Below, piece by piece: positions 24,816 to 38,402 of a DNA stretch of 64,000 nt. Below the pieces are notes generated by a model. That model was given only the letters and a program-made list of their open reading frames with translations, searched no databases and was not told where the DNA came from. Both the position numbers and the translations under genes were made by a program. Source of the DNA: Octopus sinensis (Eukaryota); contig NW_021832563.1 in NCBI RefSeq assembly GCF_006345805.1, forward strand, positions 31,811-95,810, in the 5' to 3' direction. The number at the start of each line of letters is the position of its first letter. Positions within the stretch are counted from its first letter, which is position 1.

Positions 24816-25239
24816 GGATATCTCTATCATTATCATATATCTAGGAAAAGTCTCGATTGTTGTTGGCGATTGAGGGATAATATTCGACAATATTATATGG
24901 AATAGATTTGAATTAAAAGAAAGGGAACAGAACCCACCAGATAATGTAGTTCTAATTATTTCTAAAACAAAGACGTGATGGCCACGACTGGAATGTCTAT
25001 AATTTTTTGTCCTTTCGATTAATGTTGACGAATAAGGCAAATTGTTATGATCCATCACTGAACCTTCTAAAAACAAGAGCTAAATTTTCCTCAAATCATA
25101 TCCTGCCATCTTAAATAGGAAAGGACAAAATGGCCGATGTATTCCCGAGTATACAAAAAGTGGGGATCGTCACGGGTGTAACGTATTTGACAATGTAAGG
25201 AATATCTTAAAACCTTAACCATTAGGAGCACCGCTGCCA

Positions 25240-26244
25240 TCAGTTCTACTATCAGCACCAGAACAAGCACCACCACCACCACCACCACCACCACCACCAC
25301 CACCACCACCACCACCACCACCACCACCAACAGCATCACCATCACCATCACCACCACACCACCACCACAGCTACTATTACAGACACTATCGCCGTTGTCT
25401 CCAATACCACAGCCGCCACCGCCGCCGCCGCCACCACCACCATCATCACCACCACCACCACCACCACCACCACAACCACCACCACCATAACCACTACCAC
25501 CACCACCACTACCACCATAACCACCACACCACCACCACCACTACCACCATAACCACCACCACCACCACCACCACCATAACACCACCCACCACCACCCCAC
25601 CACCACCACCACCCACCACCATCACCACCACCACCACCATCACCACCATCACCACCATCCACCACCACCACCACCCCACCACCACCATCACCACCACCAC
25701 CAACACCACCACCACCACCACCACACCACCACTACCACCATAACCACCACCACCACCACCACCATAACCACCACCACCACCACCACCACCACCACCATAA
25801 CCACCACCACCACCACCACCACCATAACCACCACCACCACCACCACCACCATAACCACCACCACCACCACCACCACCATCACCATCACCACCACCACCAC
25901 CATCACCACTGCTATGACTCTACTGCAATGCTGACAAGAACAGCAACAACAAGACTGGCAAGAACAGCAACAACAATATCAATTATGAACGAGAGCGAGA
26001 ACAATTATAAGCACAACAACATCGAGAACGAAGCTAACATTAACAACAACAATTACATTACTATCGACGGTAACGACTTCAACGTACACTACTACTACTA
26101 CTGTTACGGCAATAGCAACTAAAACAACCACTACAAAAGCATCATCATCATCATTGCCGTCATGAAGAACAACGAGTGCAACAACTAAAACAATAAAACA
26201 TCATCATCGTCATCATCACCGTCATCATCGACATTATCAACATT

Positions 26245-26280
<36 letters not shown>

Positions 26281-27300
26281 GTCATCATTACTACCACCAC
26301 CACCACCACCACCACCACCACCATCATCATCATCGTCATCACATTATCATCATCGTCATCATCATCATCATTATCATCATCGTCATCATCATCAACATCA
26401 TCGTCATCATCATCGTCATCATTACCACCACCACTACCACCACCATACATACCACCACCACCATATCATCATCGTCATCATCTTCATCATCATCGTCATC
26501 ATCATCATCGTCATCATCTTCATCATCGTCATCATTATCATCGTCATCATCGTCATCATCTTCATCATCATCATTATCATAATCGTCATCATCATCATCT
26601 TCGTCGTCGTCGTCGTCGTCGTCATCGTCAGTAAGAACGACGTGAAAAGCAACAACAAGAAGCATGACCGTAACAACAACAACAGCAACAACAACAACAA
26701 ATTAATATTTGATAAATTTCCGGTCTGCGTTTTCTGCTCAATTACGGGAGGAGCACTTGAATGAATCTATCACCAAGCAAGTTTCGTTGGTTAATAAGCA
26801 GTGTTGCAGGACTGTAGCAATTAGTATAGTAATGGCAGGGACGAACAGACAGACAGCTCTAAATGAACAGCATCGATCGGGGATGGTGGTGGAAGTGGCG
26901 GCGGTGGTGGAGGAGTTCGTCGTCGTTGCGATGATGGTGGTGTTGGTGGTGTTGGTGATGGAGGGGGTGGTTATGGTGGTGGCGTTGGTGATGGTTGTTC
27001 GGGGTGGGGATGAGAGTGGTGGTGACGATGAGGTGGTCTGTGTTGGTCGTGGTAGTAGTGGCGGTAGTGGTGATAGTGGCGTTGATTGCGGTGATGATGA
27101 TGGTGGGGGTGATGGTGGTGTTGGTGATGGTGGCGTTGACGGTTGTTGTGGTGGGCGCGATGTTGGTGATTGTGGTTGTTGTTGGTGGTGGTTGTGATGA
27201 TGATGATGATGATGACGGTAGTGATGTTGATGGAAGTGGTGGTGGTGGTGCTCGTGGTGGTTGATGCCGTAGTGGTATTGGTGATGGGATTGTGGGGTGT
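25240..27300. repeat. (ACC)n/(CAT)n block (25240-26700) and (GGT/GAT)n block (26880-27300)
   Basis: Direct repeat reading. Confidence 0.9.
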
Positions 27301-29213
27301 GGGATGGAGGGAAGAGGGTGTGGGAGGGCACGGGGAATGGAGAGTGTGAAAGAGAAAGAGAGAGAGAGGGGGAGAAGGATGCTGACATGGACTGAGATTT
27401 AGAGACAAGGAAAGACAAGAGGTGGAAAGGAGAGGAAGAAGCGAAGGAGAGGGAAAATAGGGAGAAGGGAGTAAGGGACAGGTCAAGGTGAGAGAGGGGA
27501 AGGGAGAGATAGAAAAGAAACACGGGGAGAAGGGCAGAAAGAGAAAGAAAGAGAGAAAGAGAGAGAGGGTGAGAGGGAGAGATGAAGAGAAAGAAAGAGA
27601 GGTAGGGAAACGGAAGGAAACGGAGAAAGGAAAGATAGATAGATAGATAGATAGACAGACAGAGGACAGACATATAGATAGATATATTGATGGATAGAAA
27701 GACAGACGAACAGGCAAACAGAGAGACAGATTTGATAGCTAGATAGAAAGATAGGTACAGAGAGAGACAGAGAGATAAAGGAGGAGAAGCAAAAGGAGGA
27801 GGAGGAAGGGGGGAGAAGGAAGGGGAGGAGAAGGAGGAGGGGGAGTAGAAGAAGAGATGCAGTATGAGGAAATTATGGATTTAAAGAGAGAAAGAAGAAA
27901 AAGAACGACTGAGGGCAAAGTTCATGCACACATACATACTTACAAACTCACGCCAACACACGCATACACACATATCTATACACACACCCACACGTAGATA
28001 CGCATGCAATACACACACAAACACACACAAGCACACATCAATACACATATACGAACACACACACACACACACATGAACATACACTCATACACACAAACAC
28101 ATGCAGACATAATTATTTTATTTGAAATTAATTGATTAAAAATATTCTAATTACTAGAGTTCATGAAAATTATTCTCAAAAGTAGCCAGGGGAGATAACG
28201 CATTCCACAGAACACATTCATTCTAAATGAGAGGCATAGCTGTCTGGATAACAAGCTCGCTTTCAACCACGTGGTTTTGGCTTCAGCTCCCCCGTGCAGC
28301 ATTTTCTATAATTACCTTATAATATAACACCGAGTCGACAAATGACTAAACAGAAAATTAGGTAACCGGAAATTATGTGGAATCCCGTTGTGCATATATG
28401 TATATATATATATATATTGCTTCAGCATGGGCGCAGAGAAATCACTGAAACAAACAAGAGAACACACACACACACGCACACGCCCACACACACATACACA
28501 CACATACACGCCCACCCACACACATATATAAAATTATTAAATAGTGTAATACAGTGGTATTTAATGTTCTTCTTACAGGTATAATGAAATTTTTTTACGT
28601 TCGCCACCCGCTGACATTTTGCCAGTATATATGTATATATACACACAGTGAAGCATTACTATAACATCGTATATTATCGACTGCTATTTCCAGTAAATAT
28701 TGAATCATTGTTGTACCACTATCATATATATATATATATATATGTATCCGTTGTCTGTGTGTGTGTCTTCTAGGATCTCGGGCATCCTCCATCCGATTTT
28801 GCTCAAATTTGATATGTAGATACCGACGTTATCAGTGCAAGTATAAGTCTTGAAAAAATTACAAAAATCGATTCCAGGTGAGAATGCGATCGATAAAACC
28901 GTGGGAACGTGCATTTGTAAAATCGTTTTCCTTGGAATAGAAAAAAGGCTATCGTTATTTCTCCTTTTGCCGGTGTCTCAAATTTAGGTTAAATCAGTGT
29001 TTCTCAAAAGGGAGGCCTATGGGACGGTCGGACAAGTAGCGTTGAGAAAATTTGGTTAACATTTTTGACAATTCAGCACCGTCCATTGGACGGTGGGGGG
29101 GGGGGCGCGTTTTGCTCGTATCTACATATTTATATAAATTTAAAGGCCGACTTATTAGCAATTAAACCCTAAAGGCAAAAGTAATTTAGGTCACAAAAGT
29201 GATAGTGGGTACT

Positions 29214-29520
29214 AGAGTTAAGACAGCTCCAGAAGCTACAAAATAGTTGAACTTACTGATTTAAGTCGCTAGCGTACATAGTCGGATCGTGATGTCGGAT
29301 TTTGATGTAGACCATATTAATTCCCATCAGCGACCCTTAACGCCTAGGATTAAACTCAACTGCTTCGGTCAGTCTTGTAAGAAAAACCGTTGAAAATATG
29401 CGCAAGATAGTCTACATCAAAATCTGAAATTGCGATCCAACTATGCACGCTGGGGACTTACCTCCCTTTATCAATCATGAACTTCTGTACTTTTGTGGCT
29501 TTTGGAGTTGTTTTAACTCT
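29214..29520. mobile_element. Degenerate MITE-like fold-back element with about 110-bp imperfect inverted arms
   Basis: agagttaagacagctccagaagctacaaaa..gattttgatgtagac versus gtctacatcaaaatc..ttttgtggcttttggagttgttttaactct. Confidence 0.6.
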
Positions 29521-29571
29521 TATTTTTAGCAAAATAGTTGCTAGACAGTACCCTCTGATACTTTTGTGACA

Positions 29572-29603
<32 letters not shown>

Positions 29604-29799
29604 CATACATACTGGGCCGTTGAACTGTACAAGTGTTTTTTCTTATTTTCTCTCTGTTTATTTTCTCTTATTCCTTTCTGTTGAAGAGCGTAAGCTCGAA
29701 ATGCAAAAGACTTTTTCATTTTTCCCGAGCATCGAACTAATACACTTGCTTTTTGTTCACACACCTGTCTTCGTTGTTTGTTTTTTCCATAAATTTCAA

Positions 29800-29870
<71 letters not shown>

Positions 29871-29893
29871 ATATGTATATATATATATGTATA

Positions 29894-29933
<40 letters not shown>

Positions 29934-30989
29934 GTGTGTGTATATATATATACATATATATGCATATCTATATCTATAGACACTCACACCTCATACACAC
30001 ACAAACACACACACACATATATATGTATGCCTATATGTATATATCATCTGTGTTTGCCATCCCATCCCGTCATCACTTGACTACCGCTGTTGGCTCGTTT
30101 ATGTTCCCCTAACTTAATGGTTTCACAAACGCGATCGATAGAATGAGTACCAGACATAAAAATAACAGAAACAAAGCTAAGTACTGAGGTGCCCCAGTAT
30201 GGCCGCAGTGAAAGGGCTGAAACACGTAAGGCATACCACAGTAGTGATGGGTGGAGAGAAAGTTGAACATGATTGTGAGCTAGAGGAATAATTCAGAACA
30301 TGTTTCTGCCTAATAGACCCTTCTTAGTGAAACCCAGTCCACTTAATAGCTTCGGAGTTCTCGAAATAAGTAATTAAAGAACATTCAAAGATTGGACAAA
30401 TTAGGATAATGGTACAGGGAAATTTCTCACCGGGGTTCTCTGCATTGAAAAGCATGTCGCTAAGTGCAGGTTAACATTGTTAATATGTTGAGCTGGAATA
30501 ATTTATGAATTGATCAACTGATATTTTCGCCAAAATTCGATAACGAGTAAAACCTCATGAGCGTTATGTTGTTCCGTTGGTGCGTTGTTGGTTGAGCTGT
30601 TGATGCATAAAACCCAAGTGTGTACATCTATTTACATAAGAATCTCAGATGGAAAATCTTCGGAATGTCTTACAATTGTTCACTGCGACATTAATAGATT
30701 GGATTCAGAGAACCCGCGCCAGATTAGTTTGCTATTTCTCCGTGAAACCAAGATTTTTCAAGGTTTTTGTGAAAAGGTACAGACGAGAATTCATAGTCAG
30801 AGTACAAGAGCTGCAAGTTCAGCATTAATTCAACATAACTGTTCTGTTTTTCAGGGACTTTTGACGGTTTCTAACCTAGATTCAACCTAGATTGCAGAGG
30901 GCAGCCACACAGCAGACATGTTAGAACTGTGAGCATGTATGTATGCATGTATGTATATATGTATCATTGTATGTGTGTATGTATGCATT

Positions 30990-31397
30990 CTTTTATCCTT
31001 TTATTTGTTACAGTCGTTTTGACTGCGGCCATGTTGGAGCACCGACTTTATTCGAGCAAGTCGAACCCAGGACTTATTCTTTGTAAGCCTAGTACTTATT
31101 CTATCGGACTACTTTACCGAACCGCTACTTTACGGGGACTTAAACACACCAGCAGCAGTTTTCAAGCTGTGTTGAGGGGGGGGGGGCAAACACAGGCGCA
31201 CAATCATACACCCCACACGCAAACATATATACACGACAGGCTTCTTTCAGTTTCCTTCTACTAAATTCACTCACAAGGCTTTGGTCGGCTTGAGGCTATA
31301 GTAGAAGACACTTGCCCAAGCTGCTACGTAGTGGGACTGAACCGGGAACCATGTGATTTGTAAGCAAGCTAGTTACCACGCAGCCACTCTTGCGCCT
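30990..31397 (-). mobile_element. SINE family B
   Basis: Matches the family B consensus. Confidence 0.9.
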
Positions 31398-31454
31398 ATA
31401 TGTATGTATATATGTATGTTTGGTGTGTGTTTGTTTGTGTGTGTGTGTATGTAC

Positions 31455-31495
<41 letters not shown>

Positions 31496-31546
31496 ATATG
31501 TGTATCTATATATGTGCATATGTTGCGTCTATAAGTAAACATCTAG

Positions 31547-31630
<84 letters not shown>

Positions 31631-31631
<1 letters not shown>

Positions 31632-31677
31632 GAGATCTGATCAATAAGTATCCGGACTATTGCCATAGTAACGAAGC
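31631..31677 (+). mobile_element. Solo mariner-type terminus
   Basis: TA-cgagatctgatcaataagtatccggact resembles a mariner TIR; no partner end found. Confidence 0.5.
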
Positions 31678-31986
31678 GTGTATGTGTGCGTATTAAAGTA
31701 TGTATGTATGTATGTATGAATGTAGGTAGGTAGGTGGGCAGATAGATAGAAAGATGAGCAGATGGCTAGAGAGATAGATAAATACATAGATCGATCGATT
31801 GACAGAAAAATAGGTAGATAGATCGATCGATCGAACGATCGATAAATAGATAGGCAAATAGCTATGATGCATGAGATAAATAGATAGATGGATGGATAGA
31901 TGGATACGTAAGAAGATAGACCGTCAGTACTATGGACAGAGAGATAGATAAATAGACATATATATATATATGCATATATATATATA

Positions 31987-32029
<43 letters not shown>

Positions 32030-32038
<9 letters not shown>

Positions 32039-32367
32039 ATTGGTGAATTGAAGAAATGGAGCTGAACGCAGATTGAACAGAAATCGTTTTATTTCATTCT
32101 ACACGTGTTTCGAAAGGCACTTGGTAATTTGTGCCTTTCGAAACACGTGTAGAATGAAATAAAACGATTTCTGTTCAATCTGCGTTCAGCTCCATTTCTT
32201 CAATTCACCAATAATGTTTTAATTTCAATTATCCGCACCAACGCACGGTTGCAACGCCAGATGGTTGTACCTCCAACCGTGCTGTTTACTGCTGTGATTT
32301 TTGCTACTAAGGTATCGGTTAAACTTTTGATTAATCTACTACAAGATTATTCATCTTTCTATTTCAC

Positions 32368-32370
<3 letters not shown>
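32030..32370 (+). mobile_element. Penelope-like remnant with a perfect 91-bp-arm palindrome
   Basis: 32030-32120 is the exact reverse complement of 32131-32221, with a 10-nt spacer; the right arm contains the 3' half of a hammerhead (GAAA-CACGT-GTA). Confidence 0.7.
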
Positions 32371-32401
<31 letters not shown>

Positions 32402-32899
32402 AAGATAGAGAGAGAGAAGGCAGACAGACAGACATATACACAGACAGATTAATAGTTAGAAAAAGCAAAAGGGAGAATAGGAGACGGAGCGAGGACCGAC
32501 CTGCCGACCTACCGACCTACCTACCAATAAACAGACAGACAAAGCAAACAAGCGCGTGCACTGGCGATCGACCGACACCGTCAGACAGAGCGTTCTACAC
32601 GCCAACGACCGATAAACAAACAGGGGCGTGGGTGACGGGTCGAATGATGGATCTGGTTGGGTGTGGTGGTGGTGGTGGTGATCGGGTGTGTAGGAATCGT
32701 TTCCGATTGACAGGCAACGGTAAATAAATTGAAGATAATTGTAGCTTTGCTCATCTAACCTCCATTTTGGTTGGCATTAAAATGGCGGCGAAGGCTAAAG
32801 ATGGGAACAAACTACTTTCCCCTCCAACAACGAATACATTATTTGTCGGCCTTTATTCTTTCGACTTGTCACACTGCTCATCTATTGTCGTCGTCGTCG

Positions 32900-33103
32900 C
32901 CGTCGTCTTTCGTCTTCCTCCTCCTCTTCCAATTCTTCTTCTTCTCTTCTTCTTCTTCTTCTTCTTCTTCTTCTTCTTCTTCTTCTTCTCTTCTTCTTCT
33001 TTTTCTTCTTCATTCTTCTTGTTCTTCTTGTTCTTCTTATTCCAATTCTTCTTCTTCTTCTTCTTCCAATTCTTTTTCTTCTTATTCCAATTCTTCTTCT
33101 CTT

Positions 33104-33139
<36 letters not shown>

Positions 33140-33328
33140 TTCCAATTCTTTTTTCCAATTCTTCTTTTTCTTCTTCTTCTTTTTCTTCTTCTTCTTCTTC
33201 TTCTTCTTCCAATTCTTTTTTCCAATTCTTCTTTTTCTTCTTCTTCTTTTTCTTCTTCTTCTTCTTCTTCTTCTTCTTATCATTATTATTATTATTATTC
33301 CAATTCTTCTTCTTCTTCTTCTTCTTCT

Positions 33329-33390
<62 letters not shown>

Positions 33391-33520
33391 TTCTTCTTAT
33401 TCCAAATTCTTCTTCTTCTTTTTCTCCTTCTTTTCTTCTTCTTCTTCTTCTTCTTCTTCTTTTCTTCTTCTTCTTCTTCTTCTTCTTCTTCTTCTTCGCC
33501 ATCATTATTGTGGCCACCGT
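32900..33520. repeat. (TTC)n polypyrimidine tract
   Basis: Direct reading; source of the poly-F/S/K/R/E ORFs. Confidence 0.95.
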
Positions 33521-34204
33521 CACCGTCGTTGCCGCTTCCACCAATTTTATAATCCTCATCGTCCCCCCCCCCCGCACTAACAACAACAAAAGCAGCAACA
33601 CCATAGTCGCCGCCGCAGTGGTTTGCCATCGTCGCCATCTTTATCAGCATCACCGTCGTCATCTTCCTTTTCCTCCTCATCGGCTTCCCCTCCTCCTCCT
33701 CTTATGTTATCTTTCTCTGCCTCTTTTTCTCCTGTCTTCATTAGTGGACGACGTGAAAGAGAGATAGAGAGATAGTAGAAGAGAGAGAAAGAACTAGGAG
33801 AGAGAAGGAGAGAGAGAGAGAGCTACTGATAATGTGTTTGTGAGTGTGTGAAAAAAGATGGAGAACGCGAGAGAAAAGTGGAAAGACTTGCATCAAATCG
33901 AAAAAGATGGGAGCGCCACATGTTATCTATATTTTGGAAGTGCTCCATGTTTAGGTGACTAAACTCAAACAGAAAATACCAAGTCTTTATCTCTTTAACT
34001 CAACCATTACTAAAGTATGTGTTTTTCTGTCTCCCACCACACCAGCGCCACTTGACAACTACTGTTGGTGTGTTTATGGCCCCGACACCTAGCAGTTCGC
34101 CAAAATAGACCGGCAGAAGACGAACCAGACAGAGAAGTCGCAGTCTCATGACTAAAACATAATCTGAAACTAAAAGATAAAAGTAGGCTTACTCATATTG
34201 TTTT

Positions 34205-34389
34205 TACTCTTTTATTTCTGTCAGTCATTTGACTGCGGCCATGCTGGAGCACCACCTTCAGTCGAACAAATCGACCTCAGGACTTATTCTTTGTAATCCT
34301 AGTAGTCATTCTATCGGTCCCTTCGGCCGAACCGCTAAGTTACACACTAGCATCGGTTGTCAAGTGATGGTGTGGTGGGGGGGACAAAT

Positions 34390-34421
<32 letters not shown>

Positions 34422-34586
34422 CACACACATATATATATACATATATACGACGGCCTATTTTCAGTTTCCGTCTACCAAATCCACTGACAAAGCCTTGGTC
34501 GGCCCGAGGCTATAGTGGAAGACAGTGGGACTGAACCCGGAACCATATGATGGGAAGCAAGCTACTTACCACAGAGCCACTCCTGC
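34205..34586 (-). mobile_element. SINE family B
   Basis: Matches the family B consensus. Confidence 0.9.
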
Positions 34587-34703
34587 ATATACATATATAT
34601 ATATATATATTTATTATATTTATCATAGGATGTGTTATAATACTATTCCACAGCTATACCAAACAATTACAACATACCTCCATTATACACATATACATGT
34701 ATA

Positions 34704-34783
<80 letters not shown>

Positions 34784-34814
34784 TATATACACAAACATAA
34801 CGGAATACAAAAAA

Positions 34815-35065
34815 ATGGGACAGGAACGCAACAAGCGACAACAAGACATCCAGACAGTTAGATGATATTAAAAAGGGACATGAAAAAACAAGGACAGCCC
34901 ATTCGGAGTTTTCTTTCGTCAGTTGAGTTCCAGATTATATTTGTAGTTTCGGCTGGAACTCGACCGATGAAACAAAACTCTGAATGACTTGTTCTTGTTT
35001 TTTTTATGTCCCTTTTTGTATCATCCAACTGTGTGGATGTTTTGTTGTCGCCTGTTGCGTTATTG
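34815..35065. mobile_element. Imperfect inverted repeat, Penelope-like, with degenerate hammerhead cores
   Basis: About 110-bp diverged arms; the minus arm has CTGACGA-aagaaaactcc-GAAT and the plus arm has CCGATGA-aacaaaactct-GAAT. Confidence 0.55.
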
Positions 35066-35245
35066 TTCCATTTTTACCTCTTAAATATATATATATTATA
35101 TATATGTATATGTGTGTGTATGACATAATCCTAATCGTTAAAGTTTCTAATTTGATAATAGTTTTTTATATGAAAAATTATTATTTTATTTATTTCTTTA
35201 AAAATATTGTTTAGATATATTTGCTTATTTATTTAACTATTATCA

Positions 35246-35345
35246 TTAACCTGAAGATTGACTATAATTATAATTCAAATTTTTAATTGAATTTAAATTA
35301 ATTGTAATTCGAATTGGGTTATGGCCATGAAACGTACGTAGTGGT
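35246..35345 (+). ncRNA. Degenerate hammerhead with a long stem II
   Basis: CTGAAGA (35251-35257)..GAAA-CGTAC-GTA (to 35340); palindromic stem III ACGTACGT; stems I and II eroded. Confidence 0.5.
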
Positions 35346-35599
35346 CTTACTTATTATATTATATTAAACTTTTTAATACTTTTTGATAGTTTAAAAAAAA
35401 TTGAAAAATTAAAAAATTAAAAGTTAAAAAATAATAATAAAAATAAAAATAAAAAGTAAAAAAAAATAAAAAATAAAAATAAAAATTTATAAATATAAAT
35501 TAAAAATTTTAAATTTAAATAATTTAAATTTTAAATTTTATATTTTATATATTTTGTATATTATATTAATTAATTTTATTTCTATGTTTTGGTTTCTGC

Positions 35600-35945
35600 T
35601 TTTCACTGTTTGATTTGCCTAATAGTGGTTTTATCTCTAATTTAATTTACATTTATATTTATACGGTAAAATTTGATTTAATCCTAAATCTAATTTTTCC
35701 CCGTAAGTTTGGATTTACTCCCTAATATCATTATTATATATGTATATATGTATACCGCGTGTGTACCGTTGGCGATTTTGCCCCTCTGTCTTCCTTTCTC
35801 TGGATCTTTCCTTCTCCTATGTTTCCGACGAAGAGCTCCGCTCGAAACGTTAAACCCTCCTTCTTTCCTTCTTTCCTGAGCGCCAATACTATATTGTTCG
35901 ACGTCCTCGCGTTGTTGTGTTTTTGTGCTTTCATGCTTGGATTAA
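35600..35945 (+). mobile_element. Penelope-like terminal fragment containing a minimal hammerhead (35821-35855)
   Basis: gttt-CCGACGA-a-gagc-tcc-gctc-GAAA-C-GTT-aaac; the 35660-35735 part resembles 59808-59895. Confidence 0.65.
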
Positions 35946-35964
35946 CTATATATGTATATATATG

Positions 35965-36022
<58 letters not shown>

Positions 36023-36050
36023 CTACGGTACTATATATATTTTTTTCCTA

Positions 36051-36370
36051 TGAGGGTTCCAGTTGATCCGATCAACGGAACATCCTGCTCGTGAAATTTA
36101 CGTGCAAGTGGCTGAGCACTCCACAGACATATGTACTCTTAACGTAGTTCTCGGGGAGATTCAGCGTGACACAGAATGTGACAAGGCTGGCTCCCTTTGA
36201 AATACAGGTGCAACAGAAACAGGAAGAAAGAGTGAGAGAAAGTGGTGGTGAAAGAGTACAGTAGGGTTCGCCACCCCACCTGCCAGAGCCTCATGGAGCT
36301 TTAAGTGCTTTCGCTCAATAAACACAGGCAACGCCCGGTCTGGGAATTGAAACCACGGACCTACGACACA
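36051..36370 (-). mobile_element. SINE family C, head truncated
   Basis: Matches 38403-38768. Confidence 0.88.
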
Positions 36371-36372
36371 GC

Positions 36373-36423
<51 letters not shown>

Positions 36424-36571
36424 GTACATGCGCACATTTGCGTTGACTCAGATACACATCTTATATTATCCTTTCAGTATAGGTACGAGGCTTAAACTTT
36501 TGCAGGATGGGGACTAGTCGATAACATGGACCCCAGTGCTTAACTGGTATTTATTTCATCAATTCCTATTT

Positions 36572-36756
36572 CTTTACTACCCACAAGGGACTAAACACAG
36601 AGAGGACAAACAAGGACAGACAAACAGATTAAGTCGATTATATCGACTCCAGTGCGTAACTGGTACTTATTTGATCGACCCCGGGCGTAGCGGCAGACGA
36701 AATACCGCTAAGCATTTCGCCTGGCGTGCTAACCTTTCTGCCAGCTCGCCGCCTTA
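36572..36756 (-). mobile_element. SINE family A with internal deletion; further partial copies follow to about 36960
   Basis: Reverse complement of the head and LINE-like tail of 6488-6720. Confidence 0.85.
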
Positions 36757-37418
36757 AACATAAAGACAAAATACCATTAAGCATTTTGCCTGGTGCGCTA
36801 ACCTTTCTGCCAGCATGCCACCTTTTATTTCATCAATTCCAAAAAGATGAAAGGCTAAGTCGATATCGGCGGAATTTGTACTCGGAACGTAGAGACAGAC
36901 GAAATACTGTTAAGCATTTGGTCCGGTGTGCTAAATGTTCTGCCAGTTCGCAGCCGAAGTCATAAAATAATAAAGCGTCAACATCATCACCAGCACCAAC
37001 ACCACTGCCAACATCACAAGCACCACTATACTCATCATCGTCGTCGTCGTCGTCATCATCATCATATCATCATCGACATTATCATCTTCATCATCACCAG
37101 AGTCATCGTCATCGTGGTCATCACCATCGTCATCATCATCATCATCATCATCGTCATCGTCGCCGTCGTCGTCGCCATAGTCATCATCATCATCATCATC
37201 ATCATCGTCATCGTCGCCGTCGTCGTCGCCATAGTCATCATCATCATCATCATCATCATCGTCATCGTCGCCGTCGTCGTCGTCATAGTCATCATCATCG
37301 TCATCACCATCGTCGACAAACAGAAAGATAACGACACCATAAGCCGACAAAAACAACAATACCGTATCTAAAGATAAATGTCCAGCCCCAAATTGCCAGG
37401 GACAACAAAGCACACGCC

Positions 37419-37477
<59 letters not shown>

Positions 37478-37727
37478 ACACATACACACATAAACACACT
37501 TCTCTCCCTGTGGTGACACACCCAGAAGATAACCAGAGATGTTGCAGGTGCGTGCACTAAGACGAAGTGAAGCACGATGTGTATATTTTAGCGTGGTTCA
37601 CCGCCATCCATGCCACCACCACCGCTACCACCTCCACCACAACCGCTACGACGACGTCCACCGCCAACACCGCTAACACCATAGACACCATCACCACCAC
37701 GACCACAACAACATCACTACTACTACA

Positions 37728-37788
<61 letters not shown>

Positions 37789-38402
37789 TTACCAATATTG
37801 CAATCGTTTATATAAACACTGTGAAAAACACCACCGTACAAAGCCACCACCACCATCAAATTCATCACTACCAACGCCACCAACACCAACACCACCAACA
37901 ATACCCTCACCATCATCACCACCCATCATTACCACCCCATTATCACCACCCCATCACGGACCATCCCTAAGACCGCCACCACCATCACCATCACCAGCAC
38001 CGCCATTATTATTAGCAATATCGTCACACCGTCATAAAACCTTCACCATCTTCAACATTCCCCCCTTACTTCCCCACTACCACTAACACCACCACCACTA
38101 CATGTACCCACCAAATGCCCCCACACTGTAATCTCAATAAAACTACCACCACAACCATAAACCCAACCATCCATTCCCCTTTTCACAACCCCTCAATATT
38201 TCTGACCTCCAACGCACCTCCTCTCTTCCCTCTTTTTCTTGTCCCCTGTCTTTTATAAATTACCTCACCCTTCATTAACCCCTCCCCGCAAACATAACAT
38301 CTTAATTTCTCTTACCCCCTGCACAATACTCTCTTCCATCCCCTACCTCGTTCCCTCAACCCAAGCCGTCCTTATTCCCCCCACCCAATAATCGCTATAC
38401 TC

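Noticed and set aside
30585-30890. 101-aa ORF in unique sequence
   Set aside because: Non-ATG start, no domain motif and no clear splice signals.
32767-33552. 261-aa ORF beginning near MAAKAKDGNK
   Set aside because: After about 45 codons it is pure (TTC)n; no splice donor. Kept only as a possible regulatory island.
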